Position numbers and translations under genes: made by a program
Part shown: in pieces, positions 17,933-26,632 of the stretch
Layout of the letters: each line of letters starts with the position of its first letter
Numbering within the stretch: the first letter of the stretch is position 1
The notes under the pieces: generated by a model
Seen by the model: only the letters and a program-made list of their open reading frames with translations
Told to the model about the DNA's origin: nothing
Databases searched by the model: none
NCBI RefSeq assembly: GCF_000092105.1
Contig: NC_014148.1
Coordinates: 60,001-92,000 of the forward strand
Direction of reading: 5' to 3'
Source of the DNA: Planctopirus limnophila DSM 3776
GTDB taxonomy: Bacteria; Planctomycetota; Planctomycetia; Planctomycetales; Planctomycetaceae
DNA: 32,000 nt

Positions 17933-18786
17933 CAGTTTCCTGCCCTCATGGGTTCATGCGGCCGGGCAATCAAGCCGGCCACGTACCCTCCCTTGAACCC
18001 GGCGTCGATATTGACCACGGTGACGTTGGCAGCACAACTGTTGAGCATCGAGAGCACGGCTGCCAGACCTCCAAAATTGGCTCCGTAGCCGACACTCGTC
18101 GGGACAGCAATCACAGGGACTGCCACCCAGCCAGCCACTGCCGAAGGCAAAGCGGCCTCCATCCCAGCGACCACCACCACCACAGCAGCCTGTCGCAAGC
18201 GGGGCAATTCCGCCAGCAATCGCTGCGGTCCTGCGACTCCCACATCGCAGATTAACTCCACCGGCGCCCCGAGCCAGCGAGCCGTTTCAGCAGCTTCTTC
18301 CGCGACCGGGCGGTCGCTCGTCCCGGCAGTGACCACACAGACGGTTCGCTCATGCCGTGGCAGGCTTCCCAGTGAAACCGTGCGGGCCAGGCTGTTGACA
18401 GTCGCCGCAGGAAATGCCATCAGCAATGCTTCGGCCTGATCCGGCGTCAATCGAGTCGCCAATGCCGGCTGCTGGGATCTGGCCAAAAGCTCAAAAGCTT
18501 CGACGATCTGATCAGGCCGCTTGCCTGGCCCATAGATCACCTCGGGAACACCGCAGCGCGAATATCGGCCCAGATCGAGCCTCAGTTCACCGCCGGTATG
18601 TAATCGCCAGGCATCGAGGAGTGGCAATTGCGCTTTGAGATCATCATCACTCAAGTCACCATTTCGCCACGTGGATAACAGCTCCCACAGACTTTTTTCC
18701 TGGGGAAGAAGCGACGACTGGCTTTGATGAACAGATACTTCTAATGGATCAGAATCTGCGGATGGATTCCGAGGCGAATTGTGCAT
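17932..18786 (-). CDS. larB: nickel-pincer cofactor biosynthesis protein LarB (AIR-carboxylase/PurE-like)
   Basis: 284-aa ORF. Motifs: GVPEVIYGPGKRPDQI, VVTAGTSDRPVAEEAAETA, DVGVAGPQRL, VVVAGMEAALPSAVAGWVAVPVIAVPTSVGYGANFGG, VVNIDAGFKGG. Confidence 0.88.
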   Translation of the reverse strand: MHNSPRNPSADSDPLEVSVHQSQSSLLPQEKSLWELLSTWRNGDLSDDDLKAQLPLLDAWRLHTGGELRLDLGRYSRCGVPEVIYGPGKRPDQIVEAFELLARSQQPALATRLTPDQAEALLMAFPAATVNSLARTVSLGSLPRHERTVCVVTAGTSDRPVAEEAAETARWLGAPVELICDVGVAGPQRLLAELPRLRQAAVVVVVAGMEAALPSAVAGWVAVPVIAVPTSVGYGANFGGLAAVLSMLNSCAANVTVVNIDAGFKGGYVAGLIARPHEPMRAGN

Positions 18787-18923
18787 GGTTATTCACCTCG
18801 TTCAATCGTTACTCAACCATTTGTTCGAAGATGAATGGCAAAAAAGACGTTAGCCGAGTTGCAGGATGTACCTCGACTTTGCCAATCGATGGTTGTCGTA
18901 CTTTACCCCAACTGGTGCATTCT

Positions 18924-18953
18924 CATGCACCCTACATGTGCATGCACCCTACA
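18924..18953. repeat. 13-nt direct repeat (CATGCACCCTACA x2, 4-nt spacer) in the pfp-larB intergenic region
   Basis: Copy 1 is 18924-18936 and copy 2 is 18941-18953. It overlaps a small hairpin GGTGCAT/ATGCACC at 18914-18931. Confidence 0.7.
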
Positions 18954-18960
18954 CACGAAA

Positions 18961-19995
18961 CTAGACTGTGAAGAACTCGGCAGCATCCTGATAAAATGAC
19001 GGGTCGAGTGTCTTCAGCTTGCCGACGGCATCCTGCAGTGCGACGTCCACAATCGATGTTCCCTGCAGAGCCACCATCCGGCCAAACTTCTTCGCGATGA
19101 CCAGTCGCCCGGCTCCCACACCCAGACGTGTTCCGAGAACACGATCATAAGCTGATGGTGTGCCACCACGCTGGAGGTGTCCGAGAATCACATGGCGGGT
19201 TTCGATTCCTGTCCGCTTTTCAATGATCGAGGCCACCAGTTCGCCGACACCACCCAGGCTGACATGCCCGAAGTCGTCGACCTTGGCATTCGATGTGACA
19301 TAGCCTTCTTCTGGTGCAATCACAGCTCCTTCACTGGCGACCACGATGCCCCACATTTTGCCGGCTTCGCGACGTTTCTTGAGGACGTTGCACATGGCCT
19401 CGATATCGACCTTCATTTCCGGAACAAGAATGTAGTCTGCAGAGCCAGCCATCCCGGCTTCGCAGGCAATCCAGCCCGCGTGGCGTCCCATCGTTTCCAC
19501 GACGATGATCCGCTGGTGCGATTCGGCCGTCGTCCGCAAACGATCAATCGACTCCATACAGATGTTAATCGAAGTGTCAAAACCGAAGGTCACATCGGTG
19601 CAGGAGAGATCGTTGTCGATCGTCTTGGGGCAGCCAATCGTATTGAGCTTGTGGTCGTTATAGAGTTTATTGGCCACGCCCAACGTGTCGTCACCACCAA
19701 TGGCAATCAGAGCATCGAGGCCCAACCGCTCGTAACTGGCCAGCAGCTTTTTGACATCTTCTGGGTTCTTGTAAGGGTTGGTACGGGAAGAACCCAGAAT
19801 GGTGCCACCCTTCCAGAGAATGTCCGCGGTATTCTCCAGCGTCAGTGGCGTGCCAATCCCGTCGATAGCACCGCGCCAGCCGCGCTGCAGGCCAATGACT
19901 TCGCCACCTGCATTGCCAATCACCCGGACTGCACCACGAATGACGGCATTCAAGCCGGGGCAATCTCCACCGCCAGTGAGAATTCCAACTTTCAT
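18961..19995 (-). CDS. pfp: pyrophosphate-dependent 6-phosphofructokinase (PPi-PFK type by active-site signature)
   Basis: ORF 18961..20049. The start is likely ATG 19995 ([21 protein letters not shown]), with GAGG upstream. PFK-A family motifs: GGDD (Asp at the E. coli Gly104 position), PKTIDND (Lys at the Gly124 position), MGRHAGW. Confidence 0.88.
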   Translation of the reverse strand: MKVGILTGGGDCPGLNAVIRGAVRVIGNAGGEVIGLQRGWRGAIDGIGTPLTLENTADILWKGGTILGSSRTNPYKNPEDVKKLLASYERLGLDALIAIGGDDTLGVANKLYNDHKLNTIGCPKTIDNDLSCTDVTFGFDTSINICMESIDRLRTTAESHQRIIVVETMGRHAGWIACEAGMAGSADYILVPEMKVDIEAMCNVLKKRREAGKMWGIVVASEGAVIAPEEGYVTSNAKVDDFGHVSLGGVGELVASIIEKRTGIETRHVILGHLQRGGTPSAYDRVLGTRLGVGAGRLVIAKKFGRMVALQGTSIVDVALQDAVGKLKTLDPSFYQDAAEFFTV

Positions 19996-20112
19996 ACGAT
20001 TTGCCTCTACTGTTGCTGTCTCTATGGCCTGCTGCAAACTCTGGAACAAAGGCTCAATCAGCTGTCACTTGTCGTTGGCTTACAGCGATGTCTATCAGAT
20101 CAAAAGCGTTGG

Positions 20113-21459
20113 TTATCTGCCAACCAGTTCCTGCTCGACGAACGTGGTGTACATCTTGCCTTCGACAAATGCCGAGTGATTGAAGATACGCTTCAGCAGC
20201 GGAATTGTGGTTTTGACACCTTCGAGCACCAGTTCATCGAGGCAGCGCTTCATGCAGGCAATGGCTTCGAGCCTGGTAGGCTTGTGCACAATCAGCTTGC
20301 CGATCATCGAATCGTAGTACGGAGGGATGACATAGCCTTCATGGACATGGGAATCCCAGCGCACGCCCAATCCACCGGGAATACGGAGCTTCGTGATTTT
20401 CCCCGGTGATCCGCGGAAATCATTATCCGGATCTTCAGCATTGATACGCACTTCAATTGCGTGACCATTGCAGGGAACCTGCTTCTGCTTGATCCCCAGT
20501 GGTTCATTGGCAGCCACCCGGATCTGCTGCCGAATGAGGTCGATTCCCGTAACCTGCTCAGTGACTGGGTGCTCGACCTGAATACGGGCATTCACTTCAA
20601 TAAAGTAGAAGTTGTTATCTTTATCGACAATAAACTCACAAGTACCGGCATTGGTGTAACCTGCCGTTTTCACGAGACGAACCGCTGCTTTGCAAAGTTC
20701 TTCTCGAACGTTGTTGGGCAAGTTGGGTGCAGGTGATTCTTCAATCATCTTCTGATGGCGGCGCTGTGTCGAACAATCGCGTTCCCACAAATGCAGCACT
20801 TCGCCATGCTGATCCGCCAGAATCTGCACTTCCACGTGGCGCGGATTCTCGATGTACTTTTCGAGGTAGACGCCTGCGTTGTTGAAGGCCTTTTCCGCTT
20901 CGAGAGCTGCCTGCTTAAGGCCTGCCTTCAAAGTGATGTCGTTACGTGCGACACGCATCCCTTTGCCACCACCACCGGCGGTCGCTTTGATCAGAACCGG
21001 ATAGCCAATCTTGTTGGCAATACCAATGGCGGTTTCTTCGTCGGTAATCAGTCCATCACTGCCTGGAACGAGATTCACCTTAGCCGATTTGGCGATTTCT
21101 TTGGCAGTGACTTTATCACCCAGCTTCGCCATGGCCTCATGCGGAGGGCCGATAAACTCAATGTTGCAACTGCGGCAGACTTCGGCAAAGTGTTCGTTCT
21201 CGGAAAGAAAACCATACCCGGGATGAATCGCCTGGACATTGCCCACTTCTGCCGCACTGATGATGCGATTGATCAGCAGATAGCTGTTCGCCGATTGTGC
21301 CGGCCCGATGCAATACGCTTCGTCTGCCAGGCGAATGTAATCCGCGTGACGATCAGCCTCACTGAAAACAGCGACTGTCTGAATCCCCATTTCGCGGCAG
21401 GCACGAATGATTCGAAGAGCAATCTCGCCACGGTTGGCTACTAAAATCCGTTGAAACAT
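20113..21459 (-). CDS. accC: acetyl-CoA carboxylase, biotin carboxylase subunit
   Basis: 448-aa ORF. Motifs: [57 protein letters not shown]. Confidence 0.97.
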   Translation of the reverse strand: MFQRILVANRGEIALRIIRACREMGIQTVAVFSEADRHADYIRLADEAYCIGPAQSANSYLLINRIISAAEVGNVQAIHPGYGFLSENEHFAEVCRSCNIEFIGPPHEAMAKLGDKVTAKEIAKSAKVNLVPGSDGLITDEETAIGIANKIGYPVLIKATAGGGGKGMRVARNDITLKAGLKQAALEAEKAFNNAGVYLEKYIENPRHVEVQILADQHGEVLHLWERDCSTQRRHQKMIEESPAPNLPNNVREELCKAAVRLVKTAGYTNAGTCEFIVDKDNNFYFIEVNARIQVEHPVTEQVTGIDLIRQQIRVAANEPLGIKQKQVPCNGHAIEVRINAEDPDNDFRGSPGKITKLRIPGGLGVRWDSHVHEGYVIPPYYDSMIGKLIVHKPTRLEAIACMKRCLDELVLEGVKTTIPLLKRIFNHSAFVEGKMYTTFVEQELVGR

Positions 21460-21743
21460 GGCTGGTCGTGTCCATCAGCAAAAACTTAGGTGTCGAAACC
21501 TGATGCGATTACTTCGTTTCGAGTGGCCCTCAGTCGTTCTGACTGAGAACTGCTCTCTGACAACCCGCTCAACACAACGATTCTTGATCGATTCAGCTGA
21601 CCAATTGAGCCGGGTTGAACTCTCGATATGAAGATAGACCGCGTAAGAGCCAGTTGCCTGAATGCGTCGAAACTTCCGTGTTGCACAGCTGTTCGCTCAC
21701 AAACAGGCAACGTACTCCGGGCGATCCATCCTGCGGACCGAAA

Positions 21744-22247
21744 CTATGGTCGAACACGGAACAGTGGCTGACCGTATTCCACGGGATCGCCATTCTTCAC
21801 AAGCACTGCCGCAATTGTGCCGCTGACTTCCGCTGGAATCTGGTTGAAGACCTTCATCGCCTCAATAATGCACACCACAGTTTGCGGGCCCACTGTCGAA
21901 CCCACATTCACGAAGGCTGGGTCTTCTGGTGTTGGTGACGTATAGAAGGTCCCCACTGTCGGGCTCTTGATATCAATCAGACCGGCTTCCGCAGCAGGTG
22001 CTGCTGAAGTGGCAACAGCAGGTGCAGCGGCTGCCGGAGCCGAGGCCACAGGCGCTGCTGGAGCAGGGAGATAGGTGGGGGCTGGAGCCGCCACGGTCAC
22101 CGTGCTTGAGCCGCGGCGCAGACGAATATGCTCTGGCCCGTTCTTCAAATTGACTTCACTCAGATCATGCTTCTCCATGAGTTCAAATAACTGCTGGAGC
22201 TTCTGCAGATCGAACGGCTCGCCGCTCGCTGGTGATGCTTCGGACAT
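21744..22247 (-). CDS. accB: acetyl-CoA carboxylase, biotin carboxyl carrier protein
   Basis: 167-aa ORF with an Ala/Pro-rich linker. C-terminal biotinyl domain: SPTVGTFY...[21 protein letters not shown], with the biotin-accepting Lys in the AMK motif. Confidence 0.93.
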   Translation of the reverse strand: MSEASPASGEPFDLQKLQQLFELMEKHDLSEVNLKNGPEHIRLRRGSSTVTVAAPAPTYLPAPAAPVASAPAAAAPAVATSAAPAAEAGLIDIKSPTVGTFYTSPTPEDPAFVNVGSTVGPQTVVCIIEAMKVFNQIPAEVSGTIAAVLVKNGDPVEYGQPLFRVRP

Positions 22248-22468
22248 CCCGAAAATTCCTCGAAGAGTTAGGACATATCAATAATGAGTGATAAGACCGG
22301 ACGAATTGCGCCGGAGATCACCTGCCAAAACCCGCTTTACCTTCGTCAATCGTGCCCATCTTCGCAACTCACTCCCCTCTGTTTCACACCTCAGCGATGG
22401 CAATTCGGAGGGTTCAAGTGCCAAAACAACACAAGAATAATATACGCATGTATGGTTAAACTGCGGTT

Positions 22469-23659
22469 TTATCGCCTTGCCTGAAACTCTTCAAAGGATT
22501 TCGGCAGGCTCGTTAAAACTTCGTGGCCATCTTTTGTGACCAGTACGTCGTCCTCAATCCGGATTCCGCCCAGTTCCGGGAAGTAGATGCCTGGCTCCAC
22601 AGTCACAATCTGGCCGACTTTCAGCTCGTCGGTTGAGATCGGGCTGAAGCGAGGATTCTCATGCACATCCAGGCCGATTCCGTGGCCCAGACCATGACCA
22701 AAGTATTTTCCATAACCGGCGTCTTCGATGACTTTGCGGGCGGCCGTATCGATTTCCTGACAACTGGCACCGGGCCGGATGAGTGCAATCGCTGCCAGTT
22801 GCGCGGCTAGCACCACTCGATAAGCCTTTTCAATCTGTGCTGGAACTTTACCAGTGGCGACCACGCGAGTGATATCACTTTTGTATCCTTTGGGAGTGCT
22901 GGCACCCCAGTCGAGCAATACGAAGCCCGCTTCGGAAAGTTGGCTGTTACCTGCCCGTGCGTGGGGTAGGGCAGCTCGAGGCCCCACGGCAATAATGGGA
23001 TCAAATGCGACCTTGGCAGCACCAAATCGCCGCATCGCATGTTCCAGATCGGCTGCAATCGCCGCTTCGGTCATCTCGGGAACAAAGAGTGACTTCACAA
23101 CTTCAAACCCGCGCTGAGCCATCTGCACAGCTTCGCGGGTCTCAGCGATCTCGGAGGGATCTTTGATGCAGCGCAGTTGTTCAACCAGATCTGTGGTGGG
23201 CACCAGCGTGATTGATTTCAGGCGATTGGCCCAATCCTGGTGGAGTGCGAACGAGACATGCTGAGATTCAAACCCGAGCGACAAACTTCCGCTCGATTTG
23301 AAAAACGCCCCCACCAGTTCTGCCATTGGCTTACGGGCAGTTCTTGTTTCGTAGGGTAAACCCGGGCATTCCTGTTCAATTTGTGTCGTAAAGCGACTAT
23401 CTGTCAGCAGAACCGTCTTTTCAGGGGTCACGACCAGGTAGCTGTCATCACCGGAAAAGCCCGTTAAGTAGGTCACGTTTTTAGGGTTGGTGACCAGCAG
23501 TCCGCGCAGACCGGCTTTCTTGATGAGTGACAGCAGTTTGCTGCGACGCAGTGCAGGACGATCAGTCGCCGATTTCTCCGGGGGTTTCCCTGCCATGACT
23601 TTCTCGGTAGCTCCTTGATCAATCACGGAACGCTCCTGCTTCTGCCGTTCTGTTGCCAT
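22469..23659 (-). CDS. pepP: M24 family Xaa-Pro aminopeptidase
   Basis: 396-aa ORF with a creatinase-like N-domain. M24 metal-ligand motifs: LLDWGA...YKSDITRV, FGHGLGHGIGLDVHE, TVEPGIY, GGIRIEDDVLVT. Confidence 0.88.
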   Translation of the reverse strand: MATERQKQERSVIDQGATEKVMAGKPPEKSATDRPALRRSKLLSLIKKAGLRGLLVTNPKNVTYLTGFSGDDSYLVVTPEKTVLLTDSRFTTQIEQECPGLPYETRTARKPMAELVGAFFKSSGSLSLGFESQHVSFALHQDWANRLKSITLVPTTDLVEQLRCIKDPSEIAETREAVQMAQRGFEVVKSLFVPEMTEAAIAADLEHAMRRFGAAKVAFDPIIAVGPRAALPHARAGNSQLSEAGFVLLDWGASTPKGYKSDITRVVATGKVPAQIEKAYRVVLAAQLAAIALIRPGASCQEIDTAARKVIEDAGYGKYFGHGLGHGIGLDVHENPRFSPISTDELKVGQIVTVEPGIYFPELGGIRIEDDVLVTKDGHEVLTSLPKSFEEFQARR

Positions 23660-23755
23660 TCACAACGCCTCAATTATTGAACTCGATGATCACATGGCCC
23701 CATGCTGAACATAGGGAGTTTTTTAGGCGGTTCATCATTTTGCAGCGAAACCGCG

Positions 23756-26422
23756 CTAAGCACTATTGGATGGCGACTCTGCTGGATTTGCATAATTTTC
23801 GCCTTTCGCTTGTGCAGGGAATTTGTCAGTCGCTGGCTTTGCTCCCATCCACGGCCCCAGACGACCAAAACGTCCGCCATGCAGCATCACCAGATAGGCC
23901 GGAACCAGAATTGTTCGCACCACGAAGGTATCGAGCAATACGCCAAAGGCGAGGGCAAAGCCCAACTGTGTCATCCCTTTGAGTGAACCAGCCATCAGCG
24001 AGGCAAAGGTTCCTGCCATAATAATGCCGCAACTGGAAATGATACGGCCAGTGCGAGAGAGGGCATGCACCACTCCACCCACAGGCCCATGTTCGTGCTG
24101 CTCTTCCTCAATTCGAGTCATGAGAAAGATGTTGTAGTCTTCACCTACGGCAATCAGGATCGTGAACAGGAACATGGGCACCTTCCAGTCGAGTCCTGCA
24201 AAATCAGGTTCAATCGCCCAGAAGAATGCATAGGTGAATCCGAGTGTCGCCAGATAACTGAACAGCACCGTGATGACCAGATACAGGCAGATCGCCGGTT
24301 GCCTGAGCAGGATGACGAGAATGAGGAAGACTCCCGAAATCACCAGCACATCAATGCGGATCTGATCGCTGTCAGTCACAGTTTTCAGATCGCGAATACT
24401 GGCGGTCGAACCGGAAATATAGATCGTCGTGCCATCCTTCAGGATCGCCGGCAGACTTTGTTGAATGAGATGTTCGACCTTGCTCAACTGCTCAATACTG
24501 TCTCGGGCAAACGGATCGTTTGTCGTCGTAATGTCGAGCCTCGTCAAATGCCCGTCAAACCCTGGCTCTTTACTCACATAGAATTTTACCGACCGATCGG
24601 TCGTGATTTTGCGGCGAGCCACCTGCTTGATCGAATCCAGATCTTCTTCACCACCAAAGGGATGGGAGACACTGCGGATATCGGCCAGTTGTGCATCAGC
24701 CAGATGCTTGCGAAGTTCTAGCGTCAGTTCTTTGATGGCATCGATCCCGCCTGGGGTATCTCCTGTTCGTTGAGAGAAGTCGATGTTGTTGTTTCTCAGC
24801 AGAACAGTGACCGGCCCAGTCGCACCGGCGGGAAAATGTTCCTGTACAGCCTTGGTCCCCAGCACACTGGGCGAATTCGCCGGGAGATCAGAGAGCAGTC
24901 CGTAACTCAGATGCGAGAAGAACAATAGACCCACAATTGCAAAAGGAGTCATCGCGGCAATGCTGACCAGCAGTGTGGTCAGTGGCCTCTCAAGAATGGT
25001 GTCGGCCAGTCTGGTCCAGAAGCGGTTGACGCCTAGAGCTTCAGTAAAGGCTTTCAACGGGCTGGCTGCCGGTAACCATCCCGTCGTGCTGGAGGGACGT
25101 TCTCTTTTCATTTGCGGCCAGAAAGCCCAGGCGCCCGCAGCACGCAACAACGCGGGTGTGAATGTTAATGACGCCATCAGGACGATAATCAGCCCTGTGG
25201 AAATCGCGATGCCAGCTTCGTGGAACTTCACGAACTGAGCAAAGATCATCATGGCAATGCCGCAGATCACGGTCCCGGCACTGGCGGTGATGGCCGCCCC
25301 GACTTTACCAAGAGAATTCGCAATCGCATCTTCGTAATTGACTCCTGCATCCAGCTCTTCTTTATAGCGGGCAATCAGGAAGAGGCAGTAATCGACACCG
25401 GCACCATAGACCAGCACGGTGACATAAGGCTTGATTTCCTGAAACAGCACCACGAACCGATAATCAGCCAAAAGCCTCAACAGGCACAGCGAAAGCTCGA
25501 CAGAAACAAACACCGTCAAGAGCGGAATGATTGCCAGGAGTGGCGCCCGGTAGATCGCAATCAGCAGGAAGATCACCAGCACGACGGTTAAAAGCTCTGT
25601 CGCCTTCGCGCTGGCATCGGCTGTCACCAACATGTCGCGGCCTACAACAGCGTTACCACTTAAAGAGATATCCAGGCCTAGCGGGACAATTTTCATGAAG
25701 TCCCGGCTGGAGAGAAGTTCTTCCACGGCACGAACAATTTTTTTGTTCGCGGCATCCATGAAGTCTTTTGTCAGTTCCACCATCACCAGAGTGGCCTTCT
25801 GGTCTTCACTGCGCAAGAGCCTGCCGATCTTTGGGTCTTTGTAGGTACGGATAGCCGTAATCTGCGAATTGCCCAACCCGAGAGGTGCCAGTGGCGCAGC
25901 GGGCTTGGCAGGTACAGCGGCCTTCTCGGAAGACCGAGGAACGTTCGCATCGTTTCCTTTGGCCGCAGTCTTGCTGGCGTCGGTCGAGGATTCTTCGGTG
26001 GAACCTGACTCAGCAGACTCATCATCAGGTTGACCGACCAGACCACCAAACTGATCGGCAATTTTCAGCAATAGTTCCCGCAGTTCGTTGTCCCGATCCG
26101 GGTCATCGGAATCGACCCCATCGTCGACAAACTGCAGATCTCGATCCGTCAGCTCACGATTCTCGCCCACACGGCGGACAACCAGCACGATGGCACTGCG
26201 CTGAGTATCTGCCGGGAATGCCTTGGCAAACAGATCCTCAGCCACCCGGCTGGGAAAGTTCGCAGGTAGAAAAGCAAACTCACCGGTGGTGATCACATCA
26301 TCGAGAGGGGGCGCCACGATCGCCATGGTAATGACGAGTGAGAGCCAACCCGCAATCACCAGGTACCAGCGATGTGTGATCCAATTTCCGAGACTTTGAA
26401 ACATATCGCCGGTCTCGATCAT
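23756..26422 (-). CDS. MMPL family transporter
   Basis: 888-aa ORF with two 6-helix bundles. Canonical MMPL motifs: GAGVDYCLFLIARYKEE and AVGEDYNIFLMTRIEEE. Large soluble loops, including an acidic low-complexity insert. Confidence 0.88.
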   Translation of the reverse strand: MIETGDMFQSLGNWITHRWYLVIAGWLSLVITMAIVAPPLDDVITTGEFAFLPANFPSRVAEDLFAKAFPADTQRSAIVLVVRRVGENRELTDRDLQFVDDGVDSDDPDRDNELRELLLKIADQFGGLVGQPDDESAESGSTEESSTDASKTAAKGNDANVPRSSEKAAVPAKPAAPLAPLGLGNSQITAIRTYKDPKIGRLLRSEDQKATLVMVELTKDFMDAANKKIVRAVEELLSSRDFMKIVPLGLDISLSGNAVVGRDMLVTADASAKATELLTVVLVIFLLIAIYRAPLLAIIPLLTVFVSVELSLCLLRLLADYRFVVLFQEIKPYVTVLVYGAGVDYCLFLIARYKEELDAGVNYEDAIANSLGKVGAAITASAGTVICGIAMMIFAQFVKFHEAGIAISTGLIIVLMASLTFTPALLRAAGAWAFWPQMKRERPSSTTGWLPAASPLKAFTEALGVNRFWTRLADTILERPLTTLLVSIAAMTPFAIVGLLFFSHLSYGLLSDLPANSPSVLGTKAVQEHFPAGATGPVTVLLRNNNIDFSQRTGDTPGGIDAIKELTLELRKHLADAQLADIRSVSHPFGGEEDLDSIKQVARRKITTDRSVKFYVSKEPGFDGHLTRLDITTTNDPFARDSIEQLSKVEHLIQQSLPAILKDGTTIYISGSTASIRDLKTVTDSDQIRIDVLVISGVFLILVILLRQPAICLYLVITVLFSYLATLGFTYAFFWAIEPDFAGLDWKVPMFLFTILIAVGEDYNIFLMTRIEEEQHEHGPVGGVVHALSRTGRIISSCGIIMAGTFASLMAGSLKGMTQLGFALAFGVLLDTFVVRTILVPAYLVMLHGGRFGRLGPWMGAKPATDKFPAQAKGENYANPAESPSNSA

Positions 26423-26632
26423 TAAGCCGAGGTGTGAATCATGTTGATGTGTGACCCGCAGTCGATTCTGAAATTCCGCTCGTACTTAACCTGTTGTCAT
26501 TCCAACTGTTAGACTGTGCAAACTTTCAGACAATTTCCATCAGTGCAAACGATGAAATTAGCCCTTGTTGAAGTGAGGGTCAATTCACACGGGGAACTAA
26601 CCAGTCGCTGAAGCGAAAAACGAACCCCGCAA

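Noticed and set aside
19177-20409. A 410-aa plus-strand ORF that spans the pfp gene, the pfp-accC intergenic region and the 3' end of accC.
   Set aside because: It is antisense to two genes with unmistakable enzyme motifs and runs straight across their intergenic spacer. Its composition is low-complexity (Arg/Asp/His/Phe-rich) with no recognisable motif. This is the typical shadow ORF of a GC-biased antisense frame.
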